A DNA stretch of 64,000 bases. Origin: Perkinsus olseni. Taxonomy: Eukaryota. The translations under genes were made by a program, and so were the position numbers. This document shows, piece after piece, positions 37,377 to 49,219 of this stretch (position 1 is its first letter; every line of letters starts with the position of its first letter). The notes under the pieces are model-generated. The model saw nothing but the letters and a program-made list of their open reading frames with translations, had not been told where the DNA came from and made no database searches. The stretch spans positions 62,001-126,000 of the forward strand of contig JABANN010000019.1 in NCBI GenBank assembly GCA_013115125.1, in the 5' to 3' direction.

Positions 37377-40030
37377 CATTTTCCATCCTTGAGCCCCAAC
37401 CGTTTGCCTCTAAGAACGAGATCTTTCTCCAACTCTTCGTCCCCATTACCAGGCCTCTTGAACATTGGCTGCGCCCGCAGCTCTGCCAGTTGATCTGTCC
37501 AACCTCAATACGAACCGAAGCGTCCAGTTTCGCTCTTCACTCACTCTTTATCGCTTCCTTGAGAAGTGCTTTCAGCTTTTCAGTCGTTAAACTCATTAGA
37601 TTATTAAAACTGGGCTTCCCCTCATTCGGTCGAACATCTATCATTCGCCGGTCATAGGCCCGATATACACCGGGAAACTGATGGGAACAATCTCGGATAG
37701 TACCTCGGGATCCTCCACTCTACCTGTGCGAGAGGATATACCTTGCCGCGTCCCTCCTGGTCGATGTCATCCTCCTCTTCCCAGTCCTGTAGACCCACAA
37801 CTCTGTAAATGAAGACAAGCAAAGCGCTATAAGATATGAAAACACTCGCTATTGGTAGTACCGAAAGCCTTGCCTCGCGAGCTCCTTCTCATAGTCGAAG
37901 TTGGCCGGCGGCCAAGGGGGCATGGCGTACCTAACTCACGAATGCCCATGTCAGCGAAATACGATCGGAAAGAGAATAAGCTCACCACCAACGGCATAGA
38001 ACTTCGCTCACAAGCTGTTCTTTTTCCGACCGATTTATCTTCTTTTTCGACACTGGGGTCGCCACACCTTCGAGACGGCAAGGCGTTCCGTGAATTGGTT
38101 AGTGCCAACGACAGCTCACTCGACTCGCGCTTCACTTTCTTGTCGGCTCTAGACTTCTTCTTCGCTCGCTCCTCCGACTTGACGGACTCCGACTTGGGTC
38201 GAGCTCGTCGCCGACCCTTTGTGGATCGTGCAGGAGTAGAAGAGGCTCCGCGAGAAGAGCCTGACCAGGACAGTCTGTTACAAACTACCGCACAACCGAG
38301 AGCGCCCAGCGGGAAGTGCCTTGCTGTGGCGTGGTGAGATGCAAAAGCACTACTGTCCTACCATAGTCCTCATCGTCATCGTCTTCCTCATCGTCGTCAT
38401 TATCGTCCTCCACCTGAGCGTCTGAATCATCATCTTGCTCATCGCTAGCATCATCCTCATCATCATCCTCATCGCTATCTTCGTCTTCAGTATACTTCAG
38501 TACCTACTTCCTTCAGGATGCTACAACCAGGATTCATGGACTTCTACTGCTAGAGACCACGATCAGTAGCACCTTGCGCTGCGCCGTGCGTTTTCTCCGT
38601 CTGATGATGGGTTGATCGCTATCTTCGGAACTAGCATCCTCATCAGGCGATGTGGTTTGATCTGGCGAGGAGCTGGATGTCGACGTCCGAGCCACCTGAG
38701 GTTCGCGTGCAATCTTTGCTTCACCAGAGTGAGACATCCCTACAGCAGGGGTGTTCTCGGGGGACTTCACAATCGGCGTTTGATCGAGTGCCTTGGTTGC
38801 CTTGGGCGTTGCGGACTCATCCTTCGTCAAAGCTTTCGCGGGGCGTGTGGGGGCTGCGAGATATCACAATAAGGACGGAATTGAGTGGCCGGTCCGGCGG
38901 AATAGATGCTCCCGACTCAAGTTGATCGAGAGGACTCCTGCGAATCGAAGTATATTCCATGGGAGAATTTGCTCCCGAGTCCATTCGAAAACCTCTCCGA
39001 TACAATCGCCCGTTGAAATTGCGCCCTTCTACTGACTCGGAGATGTGCAAGGAAAGAAGTATATTTATAACTGTAGCAATGCGGATGCGGGGGGAATGAT
39101 ATACTCCACGGACGGACGGGACTACGGTGTTCACTCAGTGCCGACGCAATGACGAAAAAACAGCGACACGACTAAGGAAGGCTTACTCGTAACTCCACTC
39201 ATATTCTCTCCCGCGGGAGGAGGCGACGCGGCAGGCGATATTAGAGCCTACGAAAAAAACTATGATTCGGCACAAGCCTCGGGGGAAGGATTGGTCTCGG
39301 CATGAGTTACACAGTGATACGCGAAATGTCGCTACGCGACAGCATAGCAATAATACCAACAACCTGCACGCGAGTGCACCACATGATACTGCATCCTGTA
39401 CTGAGTCAACCTTCAATAGAAAGCTCATTACTACACACATCATGAGAAACATAATAATCCTGGGTTAGTCAATAGTGATGCGGTAAAGGTAATTACGCGA
39501 AATTATGTATTTTGACACGACATTGCCGACCACAACAGACCGTACCCCCTACTACAGTGCTGCCAATTGGCTTGTCATCATCAGAGTCAGAGTCGTCGTC
39601 TTCACTATCGGATTCGATGTTGATCCTCCTCCTTTTATGGCTGCCACCTCCCAACAACAAGTCGGAGTCATTCCCAGCGGACAGGCCGCCCTGGGAAGTA
39701 GCGGCAACAACCGCGGCTGCAGAGGACAACATGAGAGAGGAACACAATACGGTTGGCTCAGCAAGCCTGCGGTCAGGATAGCGATACTTTTACCACGCTC
39801 CGCCCTATTCATCTACGAGCAATCTTCGATCAGCGCGTATTGATCGTGGCATGTCAACATTTTGGTGATACGAGAGCTCTGCAAATCGATCGGTCGGGCG
39901 TCCGCGTAAGACTCTGCGCATAAGGACCTCCGTTTCGTAGACCCGCGTACCTCCTCTCTCAGTGGAGGGGTTAATGCTCTGTAACCTCGTCCATGTTAAG
40001 GCACTGAGATTTCCAGATATACTCTTACTG
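37377..40030 (-). CDS. Hypothetical low-complexity acidic/basic (probably nuclear) protein; boundaries approximate
   Basis: Exons carry KRRR/RRRKR NLS-like patches, a long Asp/Glu tract (~38370-38490) and Lys-rich stretches. The last exon ends LGLKDGK-TGA. Confidence 0.45.
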
Positions 40031-40393
40031 AGGAGATCCCCAGCCAAGCGTGGCTCGCTGTTCTTGTCATACTACTACTGTTCCCTGCAGAATCACCTTG
40101 CGCCGTGATCGTTTGCTGTAATACGTCTATGGTCTAAGTCTTAGACTCTAAGAAGCGTTTAACTGCCCGTTGGTGCCTCCTCTAGTGTCGTCTTGTCTGG
40201 ACAACCAGATCCTACAAAGTCTAGTTCGGTTTATATCCTCTTCTGCTTTTCTTGTTGTGTCCAGTGACCGTCAATAACTTCTGTGGGGTTTTCATGCGGA
40301 CTTGCTTGGCATGCTACCGTCGTTGAAGCTGTGTGATGGCGATGTGCAGGTTCCGTTCAGTGAAATTCCTGGCTCTTGCGCCTTCCTGGGCTC

Positions 40394-43285
40394 ATGTCTG
40401 ACATGCTCAGCGACCCCCACACCTTCCTGGAGCTGCTCAAGCAGCAGATAGAGCAGAATCTGAAGACCCATGTTGGCCACAGCGACGCCCCGGTGAGTCG
40501 CCTATTTTCCCGATCCACCTGTGATGTGTTATTAACGAAGCATAGTGCGCGGATATCTGTACCAGCGTATATGTACTCAGTTGTGCTTTCAGGTGATGTC
40601 GAAGTCGGATGCTTTCGATCTGTCCCAGTTCACGAGCAAGGTGCAGTTTGAGAAGGAGATGAATGAGCAAGGTCTCAAGGTGGAGACCATCTTCCACAAC
40701 TCCGCTCCGCCCATCCTGTGAGTTCAGCTGACCTTTCCTCCATCATGTATCCCTCTCAACGGGGAGCTTGACGTACTTCCAGTGTGACGCTCGCGCGAAT
40801 CAGGTACGAGCAGGCTTTGAAGCACGAAAAGGGTTCCTTCATCACTAGTACCGGTGCATTAGCCGTCAGCAGTGGGCGCAAGACGGGCCGTTCGCCAAGC
40901 GACAAACGCATCGTGGATAGCCCCGTCGGGCATTGGGCCTTCACTAACGAGATTTGGTGGGGCAAGGCAAGACCCGGCATCTCGCGTCTCGGCGTGAGCT
41001 TATCGCCGTGCTTCTTACAGGTGAATATCAAGCTAAAGGACGAAGCGTTTCTCACCAACCGCGAGCGCGCTATCGATTATCTCAACACCCGAGACCAGCT
41101 CTATGTCATCGATGCCTTCGCGGGGTGGTGTGAAAGCTACAGAATCAAGGTGGGCGCGCTCACTTCTCTCTGCTTCAACGGTCGATATACTTTATTGTTC
41201 CTATCATCGTCGCAGACATTACTGCTCGTCGACTTATCGTTGAAGGAGTCTCACGTTATGCTACTCAGATACGGGTGATCACTTCCAGAGCGTATCATGC
41301 TCTGTTCATGCAAAACATGCTCGTCATGCCGACACCGGAGCAACTGAAAGACTTTGGCCATCCTGATTTCATCATTTACAATGCCGGTTGCTTCCCAGCC
41401 AATCGCTACACCTCTGGAATGACGAGCAGTAAGTATCCGCGCACCTTGTTGCACTTTAACGATCTGCTGCGAGTTGATTGTGTCTCTGTACAGGTACTTC
41501 TGTTTGCGTTCATTTCCAACGCAGAGAGATGGTTATTTTGGGCACTGAGTACGCTGGCGAGATGAAGAAGGGGATTCTCACTCTCATGATGTAAGCAATT
41601 CCTCGGGTTAGTCTGAAATAAACTAGACGTGCTCGCGCATTGTGTTCGCAATGCGACAAGCTTTCGTCAACATTGTCATCCACTGTGGCCCAGGTATGCT
41701 ATGCCCATGAAGATGCAGCTCCCCCTTCACTCTTCATGCAATGTTGGTCGCGAGAAGGGAGATGTTACCCTCTTTTTCGGCCTCTCCGGTACGAAACGCT
41801 TCCTCGGACCGCAAATTTGATCGCGGATGCAGGAACGGGCAAGACAACTCTGTCCGCTGACGTGAATCGAGATCTTCTTGGTGACGACGAACATGTGTGG
41901 AGTGATACCGGTGAGACTCCATTCTACATCTTGGGTTTGCGACGAGGGTCTCGAGGGCATTCGACCTGTCAGGCGTCTTTAATGTCGAAGGAGGCTGTTA
42001 CGCGAAGGCTATCGATCTCACTCATGACAACGAGCCAGAGATATTTGATGCGATCCGTTTCGGAGCGGTCAGTGGGTCTTTCATAACGTTTTTCCGGTCG
42101 ACTGCTCGGATTCCTAGGCTTCTGAGAACGTAGTGGAGTTTTGCTGTACTATTTGTCGTGTGCTCAGGTTCTAGAGAACGTCGTCTTTGATTCTAGTACT
42201 CGAGTCGTGGACTACCATGACACCAGTGTGACGGAGAACACCCGATGTGCGTATCCTCTCAGCCACATACCTAACTCGATAATACCAGCTGTGGTGAGTC
42301 TAGTCCTTCAGCGGCGATGTGAACCGTCTTCCTTTACTGCTGGAGTTGCCTTAATCAGGTTGATACACATCCTTCGAACGTCGTCCTGCTGTGTTGCGAT
42401 GCGTTCGGTGTTCTGCCTCCCGTCTCTGTTCTCGATCCCGACCAAGTGCAGTACTATTTCATATCGGGCTATACGGCCAAGGTGGCAGGTAAGGAGAATC
42501 CTTCTGCTCGCGAATTGATTAGCAGTTTTGGTCTTGATAGGTACGGAGCAAGGCATCACTGAGCCTACTGCAACGTTCTCGGCTTGCTTCGGGGCCCCCT
42601 TCCTGGTATGGCACCCGGTAGTTTATGCTGAGATGCTCTCCCACAAGATCCAGAAGCACAAGTGTAAGCTGTCACCGGTGTGTGTGTCGTTACGCAGTGA
42701 CCGCCGATTCCGTCACGAAGTGATTCGAAGCCTCAAGACCGACTTAGCTGTATTTGTATGCAAAGTGTGCTTCTCCCAGGCACAGCGTATTTGCTCAATA
42801 CAGGCTGGATTGGTGGCGGCTATGGTGAAGGGAAGAGATGCAGTTTGAAGTGAGTACAGTGCTATAGTCGAAGCTCGTTATCATCTTAATCAGATATACG
42901 CGTAAGATGATCGATGCTATGCACGATGGAACTCTGAAGGGTATGGTCGATGATGGCGAGCATAATTTCGATACTCTTCCTTTATTTAATCTGAAGGTGA
43001 TATGGAGCTCTTCGGGCTGAAGTTTTCCAAGCGTTTTGAATTGCAGGTACCGAAGTCATTGCCTGGTGTCCCGGAGCATATCCTCTACCCCAAGGATGGT
43101 TGGGAAGATAAGGAAAAGTGAGCCTCGTTGTATCGTCAGCTATCGCTATGTCGAGCTTGGCCTGCTTCTTCTGTAGATTCGATGCCACTCTGACGAAGTT
43201 AGCCAAATTGTTTGAGCAGAACTTCCAAGAGTACGCAGACAGATGCCCACAGTCCGTTAGAGAGGCGGGGCCTCAAGTGGAATAA
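40394..43285 (+). CDS. pckA: Phosphoenolpyruvate carboxykinase (ATP), many exons
   Basis: [76 protein letters not shown] and YLLNTGW. TAA 43285. Confidence 0.97.
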
Positions 43286-43662
43286 GCTAAAATCGCCGTG
43301 GTCAGTCGAAACCGGTGTCACTTTTTGTTACGACTTCGTTTTACGGGGCTCAATCGCTCCTGTGTGTAAGAATATATCAGTCCTACCGAGAACTCTCCAT
43401 GTGGAGACCGGCGGTAGAGACGCAACTCTCGGTGTCTGACGGAATCGTATTTATGAGGATATCACGAGTATGTTTCTAATATCGCTAGTGGCGTTTCAGC
43501 AGTTGTCAATTATCAAGGGGGTGGGTTCTTGCGGTCTCTCTCATCGGTATGCCACTTCTGTTCTGACTTTTTCAGCGAGCTCCTTTCGAGGGGTTAGACG
43601 ATTGGAAGGCATCTCTTTATCCTTTTCGCAGTTTGCTCGCTCCCGACTTGAACCTTCAAAAG

Positions 43663-44329
43663 ATGCCGGTGTATCCTTTGACAGCAGATGAAGCCGCCGC
43701 GATCTATGGCCGACAGCTTGCAGATGACGATGAAGATAAGTGCGGTGATCATGGACAACTCGAAACCGGTGGTATCTGCGAATGTGATGCTAATTGGTAT
43801 CACATCCAAATTGACGACGGATCTGTTATGTGAGATTTCGGGCCGCTGCGGAGTATCGCTCGTTTCAGTGGTCTTGCGGTTGACTCATATACTGCTTCAG
43901 GTGGTGTGCTTACAACAATAGAGAGACCCCTGATATTCCGGGGTACTACTGGGAAGAGAACGGACTCAGGCCAGGAGAGTACGAGGTGCGTTATATACGT
44001 TGTCGATCCTTGCGTTCTTGTGTTCAACCGATTCAGCGCCGTTGCTCAGTTGTTCCCGAGCAGAGAGCACCTGGACATCCTTGACATGCGTTTCTGGATC
44101 TTCGGCCTGCTCATATTTGAATGCTGGCTCCTGTGTTGGTAGGCTGCACGCTACCTCGTGCTCGTATTTTCTTCTCAGCTGTCGATTCATTCGAGACCGA
44201 TTCTGTGGGCCAAGTGTCGAGGAAGTGATAGCTCGTCTCCCTCCCGGGTGTAAGCTTGATCCATTCAGCAAGAGCAGCGCCAGATCCCTTCTGCTTTTTG
44301 CCCCAGATTACCGTCCGGAGAAGCCTTGA
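43663..44329 (+). CDS. Small EGF-like Cys domain + single transmembrane protein (tandem family member 1)
   Basis: KCGDHGQLETGGICECDANWY...WCAY, TM FWIFGLLIFECWLLC, tail CRFIRDRFCGP... Confidence 0.6.
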
Positions 44330-44704
44330 AATTCTGTCGACTGGCTCACTTTGAAGTATCGAGATATTCGACCGTGGTGAGTACCCCGATTCACGCGATC
44401 TTTCGCCCTCACCCCTCGCGGCACAGCAACCAGCGTTCATTTAATCAGTCGTGATTAAGTCCCCCCTGTCAGGCTATCAGTCTTGTGATCAGCCTCTGTC
44501 GAGCCGTGCTCTTCGCATGTCCTTTAAATGCAGCTATGCGTGTGGCAATGGAAGTATAAAGTGCCGGCTTCACCTAAACGTCGCTGTGACTTGCGTGATC
44601 AGGGGGAAGCAGCGGGATCGTCGCGGTGCACCGCCTCAACTGCTTCACCGTTCTCTTTCAGTAACAGCTGCGTGTCACCCAGTGCGCCTTTAGTTTCGTC
44701 CAGG

Positions 44705-45357
44705 ATGAGCTCAGCTAACAAGGCTCAGTCGGCCACTCCGACCCCGTCGCTCAGTGACGAGGACTATAAGAAGGTCCAGAAGGCCGTGGACGAGGGTCGA
44801 TACCCGTGCAACAACGGCAATTTTAACCTCACCACTGGGCGATGTGTATGTGAGAAGAATTATGTGCACTTAATTTATGAGGATCGGATTGAGTGAGTAT
44901 CGACGAGGATTCTCGGTATGGTGAATCCACTGTTCCCTTCTGCTTCGGGTCATCGTTTTTTGTCCTTGTCAGTATGTGTACTTATCAAGAGAGGGTTATA
45001 GGATCCCCTTCTGCTCCTGGCTTCCACCTAGTCGATGATACGTTCAGAAGGGGAGACCTTATTGTGAGTGAGCATGAATCCCTCGCGGTTTATCTCTCGG
45101 TCGGCTGTTTGATATGTTCTTCTCGCAGACTGACGAGCGAGAGCTTGAGCCTGGGTATAACCCCTTGCTGTGGATCCTCATCCTAGTGGCTATAGAGGTC
45201 GCGCTGTTCGTTGTGTAGGAGGGGCGGGAACCCGGGAACCATCCACCATCTCCACCTCCACGCTCCGGTTGCTCTAACTTCGACTCCCACCACGTCTGTT
45301 TTCAGGCTGAAGATCCTCCGCAAACGCTGTGTCAAGTTCGTATCCTCCAAGAAATGA
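44705..45357 (+). CDS. Small EGF-like Cys domain + single transmembrane protein (tandem family member 2)
   Basis: PCNNGNFNLTTGRCVCEKNYV...MCTY, TM LLWILILVAIEVALFVV, tail LKILRKRCVKFVSSKK-TGA. Confidence 0.65.
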
Positions 45358-45561
45358 AGAACGTTTTCTGCTATGCTACACGCATAGACCCTCCCTTGTC
45401 TAAAGGCAGAGTGAAGCTAAGATACAATGTTGCTGCATGACGTTCTAATCCTGAATAGCCAGTGAAGAGTGTGTGATAAGCAAAGCACTATGAATTTAGT
45501 ATTCCTGTGCTGCGGTGGGCGTTGGCTCGTGCCTGCTAACTCAGTTATTCCTGCATCTCTC

Positions 45562-46487
45562 ATGTCATATCCCGACTCCGGTGTGCTGCAGCGAGAGAAG
45601 TTCTTCTGGGTCAAAGTTGTAGCCCTTTGTCTGTTTGTTCACTCCGTGCTCAAAACATGTGCTTTCAGGAAGACCACGATGCTCTTGCAGTTCTCTTCCG
45701 ATCTCAGTGGGGATTCATCGGCTTCTTTCTGTTCATGCAAGCCTGGTGTTTCCTGTCGTAAGCACTCACTGGACAGCTCAGTGGCGGTCTCGGCTGCGGT
45801 ATTGTCTTTTGACTCAGGTTTAAAGTCCTGCGGTTTGTTTTCCGACCGGATAAGATGAAGGATCTCCCACCTAGAAGACCTCTGAAAATTAAGAGTAAGC
45901 ATGCTTCTTGCGCGCACGTACCCGGCGGCTTCGATATTGGTATTCATCTACCCTCAGTACCGAAGCTGCCCAAACTGTCGTCATCAAAGAAGGATCGTAG
46001 TCCTGATGGCTATGGTCCAAATCCCTATGCATCGGGCATGGCGTACGGGGGTCCTGCGCCCCTCACCTTCGGAGCACCGATGCACCCCATGGCACAAACC
46101 TATGGAGGCCCGTCACCACAGACACCTTCTCACTCATTCGTCGGCTCATCGCCATTCTATCCTACTTATGCTCACACTGCCGGCCCTTCCTACCCCATGG
46201 CTCAGTCACAGCCTCAACTATCAGCTGTCCCGCCCATGTATCAGAGCCCCTATGGACAGGGGTCGCCCTATCCGATGGAGATGTCACCACAGCCGCAGCA
46301 TTTCAATACAGCACAGCAGCTACCGAGCTACGGCGGCCAGTCGATGGCTGCTACGCAATCCAACTTATCTCCGGGTTATGGCAACCCTCCTATGGGGACG
46401 TATACCCAACCTCCAGGATACGGTTCGCCTGGTTTGTGGGGGAGTGGAACCCCGCAGACGATGCGGTGTGTACCAACAACAGAGTAA
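45562..46487 (+). CDS. Single-pass membrane protein with a long Pro/Gly/Tyr/Gln-rich tail (possible tandem family member 3)
   Basis: Short N-terminus, TM WGFIGFFLFMQAWCFLS, then FKVLRFVFRPDKMKDLPP and a ~200-aa PGY-rich ORF ending at 46487. Confidence 0.6.
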
Positions 46488-46993
46488 TTCAGAGAAATCA
46501 ACAGCTTCGGATGTTTGCCGTTCTCTTCAGAGTACTACCGCCGCACGGTCGAAGTCAGAGCAGCTTCAAGTAATGAAGAGTATGAAGTTAACTCTCAGCT
46601 TTAGTGTCATGTACCTTGCATGCTGGCGCGTATCCGTGCAGCGCAAGTAAAATATATAGATGTTGTGTTGTGATTCGTGAGATCAGTAATGCACATGAAT
46701 ACAAGCGGAATGTCTCGCCTATGGTCAATAAATTGTTTATTATAGTGCTGCGCGGTAATCGCAGGCGTTGTTTCAAAGGCAGCACGAGTAACTTGCTCAG
46801 TATCTTCGCGAGGCTAACGCTACAAAAGCACAACGGGTACATGGATTTATTAAGCGACTCCAGAGGGCAAACTAGCGACTAAAAAGCCACTGTGGACGAA
46901 CTACAACGGTGCAGGCACTCAACTGAGGGCGGTTGGTTGACAGAGAGTGGAGAGAAATGATGCTAGGTAAACCACGTTTACCACGAAGTCGAG

Positions 46994-48866
46994 TTAACCA
47001 ATCACACGCCACCTTGAAGTCAAGTAATGCAACCGACTATCCCTGGGATAAGTTTGAAGAAGTGGAATAGTAGCCCACTTATTCAAACTTGTGCCAGCCC
47101 GGATTTTATGTAAGTTCGCACCTCCAACCGCCATTTCCCCCAGTACTTCCGTGCTCCTGCTGTGGTTGAACACAACAGGGATAACAGCGGAAACAGTGCA
47201 CAACATCCATGTCTGTAACGTCATCGTAATAGCATGTGTGACGGCTTCGGGCCCTTGTTGTTCTTCTTCCATCTCGGGAACCACCTACCGCAAGAGGAAC
47301 TTAGCCGCTCACCATCCCAGTTGGCCGTGCATGTGGTTGACCTAGTAACCTACCGAACAGGCACCTTCCGCCAGCGGTCGAAGCCTGTGCTCTTATGCCT
47401 TTTGTATGCTGCCGTTATGATCGGTTGCCGCCAACGTGTTCTGTTCCACAGTCTGAGAGCTCACAGTCAAAGGAAAATGGGTATGTCAGAAGAGAAGCGT
47501 TCAGCCCTCCTCAGAAGAGTATCACTGATATTTATCAACCATCTTTTTGAACTGCTGCCGCTCCATCTGAGATCTCGGACGGTCGTATTTGGCCATGAAC
47601 TCTCGATCCTCAAACGTTTTGGGCATGGGCATGTTGTATTGTTTTCGAATCATGTACCTATCGAATGTGACGCGGTGGATGGGGGGATCGGACCCGTAGA
47701 CCCCCCGTCACGGGTTAATGATACCGCAGGTCGAAAAATGGCACAAGAATTTACTACCATTTTCGATCACCACGTAGTGCATCGTGCTCGAGGATAACTT
47801 GGATAACAAACTCCCTGAGAAGAGAGGGCAACTGGCCTCGTGTGGTCATCCGAATGCCTCACTTCGAGACTCCTGCCTTCTCCGCGATGAGTTTCCGCGA
47901 CCGCTCCGTAAAAACATCTCTGTGGTTGGAAGCCAGCTCGATAGGGTTCATAGCCTGGAACACGGCTTGGGCCAAATTGGCTGCCGCAAGGTACTACCGC
48001 AAGAACTTTTATCCCTTTCTTGATATGCTCAATGCCTGCCGACTCCTCAGAAAACTTTGCTCGCATCGAGTGAGCCCCTGACGCTTCCAGGACCTAATCA
48101 GTAGATGAGTAGCCGTTCTTCGCAACCTGCCCAGGAAGACGATAAGCAACTCCGGTTAAGGATCTGCATAATTCTGACGTAATTTCGTATCGCGATTCGA
48201 AGCCGCAAAGCCACCGCGGGTCATCACCTTTTCTTGGTAGTTCTTGAATGCGCCATATGTCCACATCTGCGGCTTCATCAACTCCTCTACCATGTATCGA
48301 TACTGTTCAAACTCATCCTGGTCCTTCCGTCTCTTTCGTGCTACACCAAGCGACACCGTGGCCAGCGGTAACCACTCATATAGACTAGCGTACTATTACC
48401 CTCGCTCACAGAGTGTCGTATGGAGCCCGTTAAACCAGCCTTAGTCTCTGCATCCTCCTCCCTCCCTAGTAGTAGATCCTTAAGCCCCTTCATAAGCCCT
48501 CCCAGTGCTTGCCCCGAATCCGGCGCTAATGACCCTAGAGGACACCAGCGGCACCGTTGGAAGGAGTATCATCGGCCACTTGTACCGCGAGTACAGCGAG
48601 TCTTTCTGTTCCCGAGCGGCCCGGAATCGTTTTTGTAACGATGGCGAGACTTTCAACTATTCGGCGGCAGTATAAAATTGAGGGTTGGGTGAATGAGATG
48701 AAGCCTCACTTGTAGAGCTATCGCTCGACCGCCGTAAAACCGGAGCTCTCTGTCGGAACGCTGAACTAGGCATCTGGCTCTTCGGTACCGTATTCTGACA
48801 CGAAGTATAAATCGAAAAAGACGCAACGGGTAACCTACCCCTGATCCTCGAACTGCTACGAAACAT
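46994..48866 (-). CDS. Protein with a mitochondrial-type presequence and an SRP54/Ffh M-domain-like region
   Basis: Starts MFRSSSRIRGRLPVASF. WTYGAFKNYQEKV...HIKKGIKVLAAMNPIELAS..FTERSRKLIAEKAGVS resembles the M-domain pattern FTLxDFxEQ...IIxSMTxxER...SRxxRIAxGSG. Confidence 0.6.
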
Positions 48867-49219
48867 CGTATCGCAGAGACGTTCACCCTGGCGTAGGGTT
48901 GACGGCTACCAACCGGATATACGCAGAGTTTGAGAGACATGACAGTATGACACTGCTTGGCGAAGTCTCATCAGAGCTGTGGTGAACATCAGCCCCGCCA
49001 AGCTAGGTTCATCACGATTAGGAGATAAACAGGCGAGATTGCGAAAAAGGTCTTTCGGTCTCTCAGCAGGGGATTCGCACCACAGAACCTCGTAACACTT
49101 CCATAACACAACAGAGGATGCAAAGCGGCGGATGAAGCGAAGTGACAATTTCGACATCAGACATCAAATCATAAAAAAGGTTATCGGGCATGAGAATTGC
49201 TAGCATATTCTCATATCGA

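Noticed and set aside
45901-46650. 249-aa alternative-frame ORF
   Set aside because: It overlaps the Pro/Gly/Tyr-rich exon, where low-complexity composition keeps other frames open.
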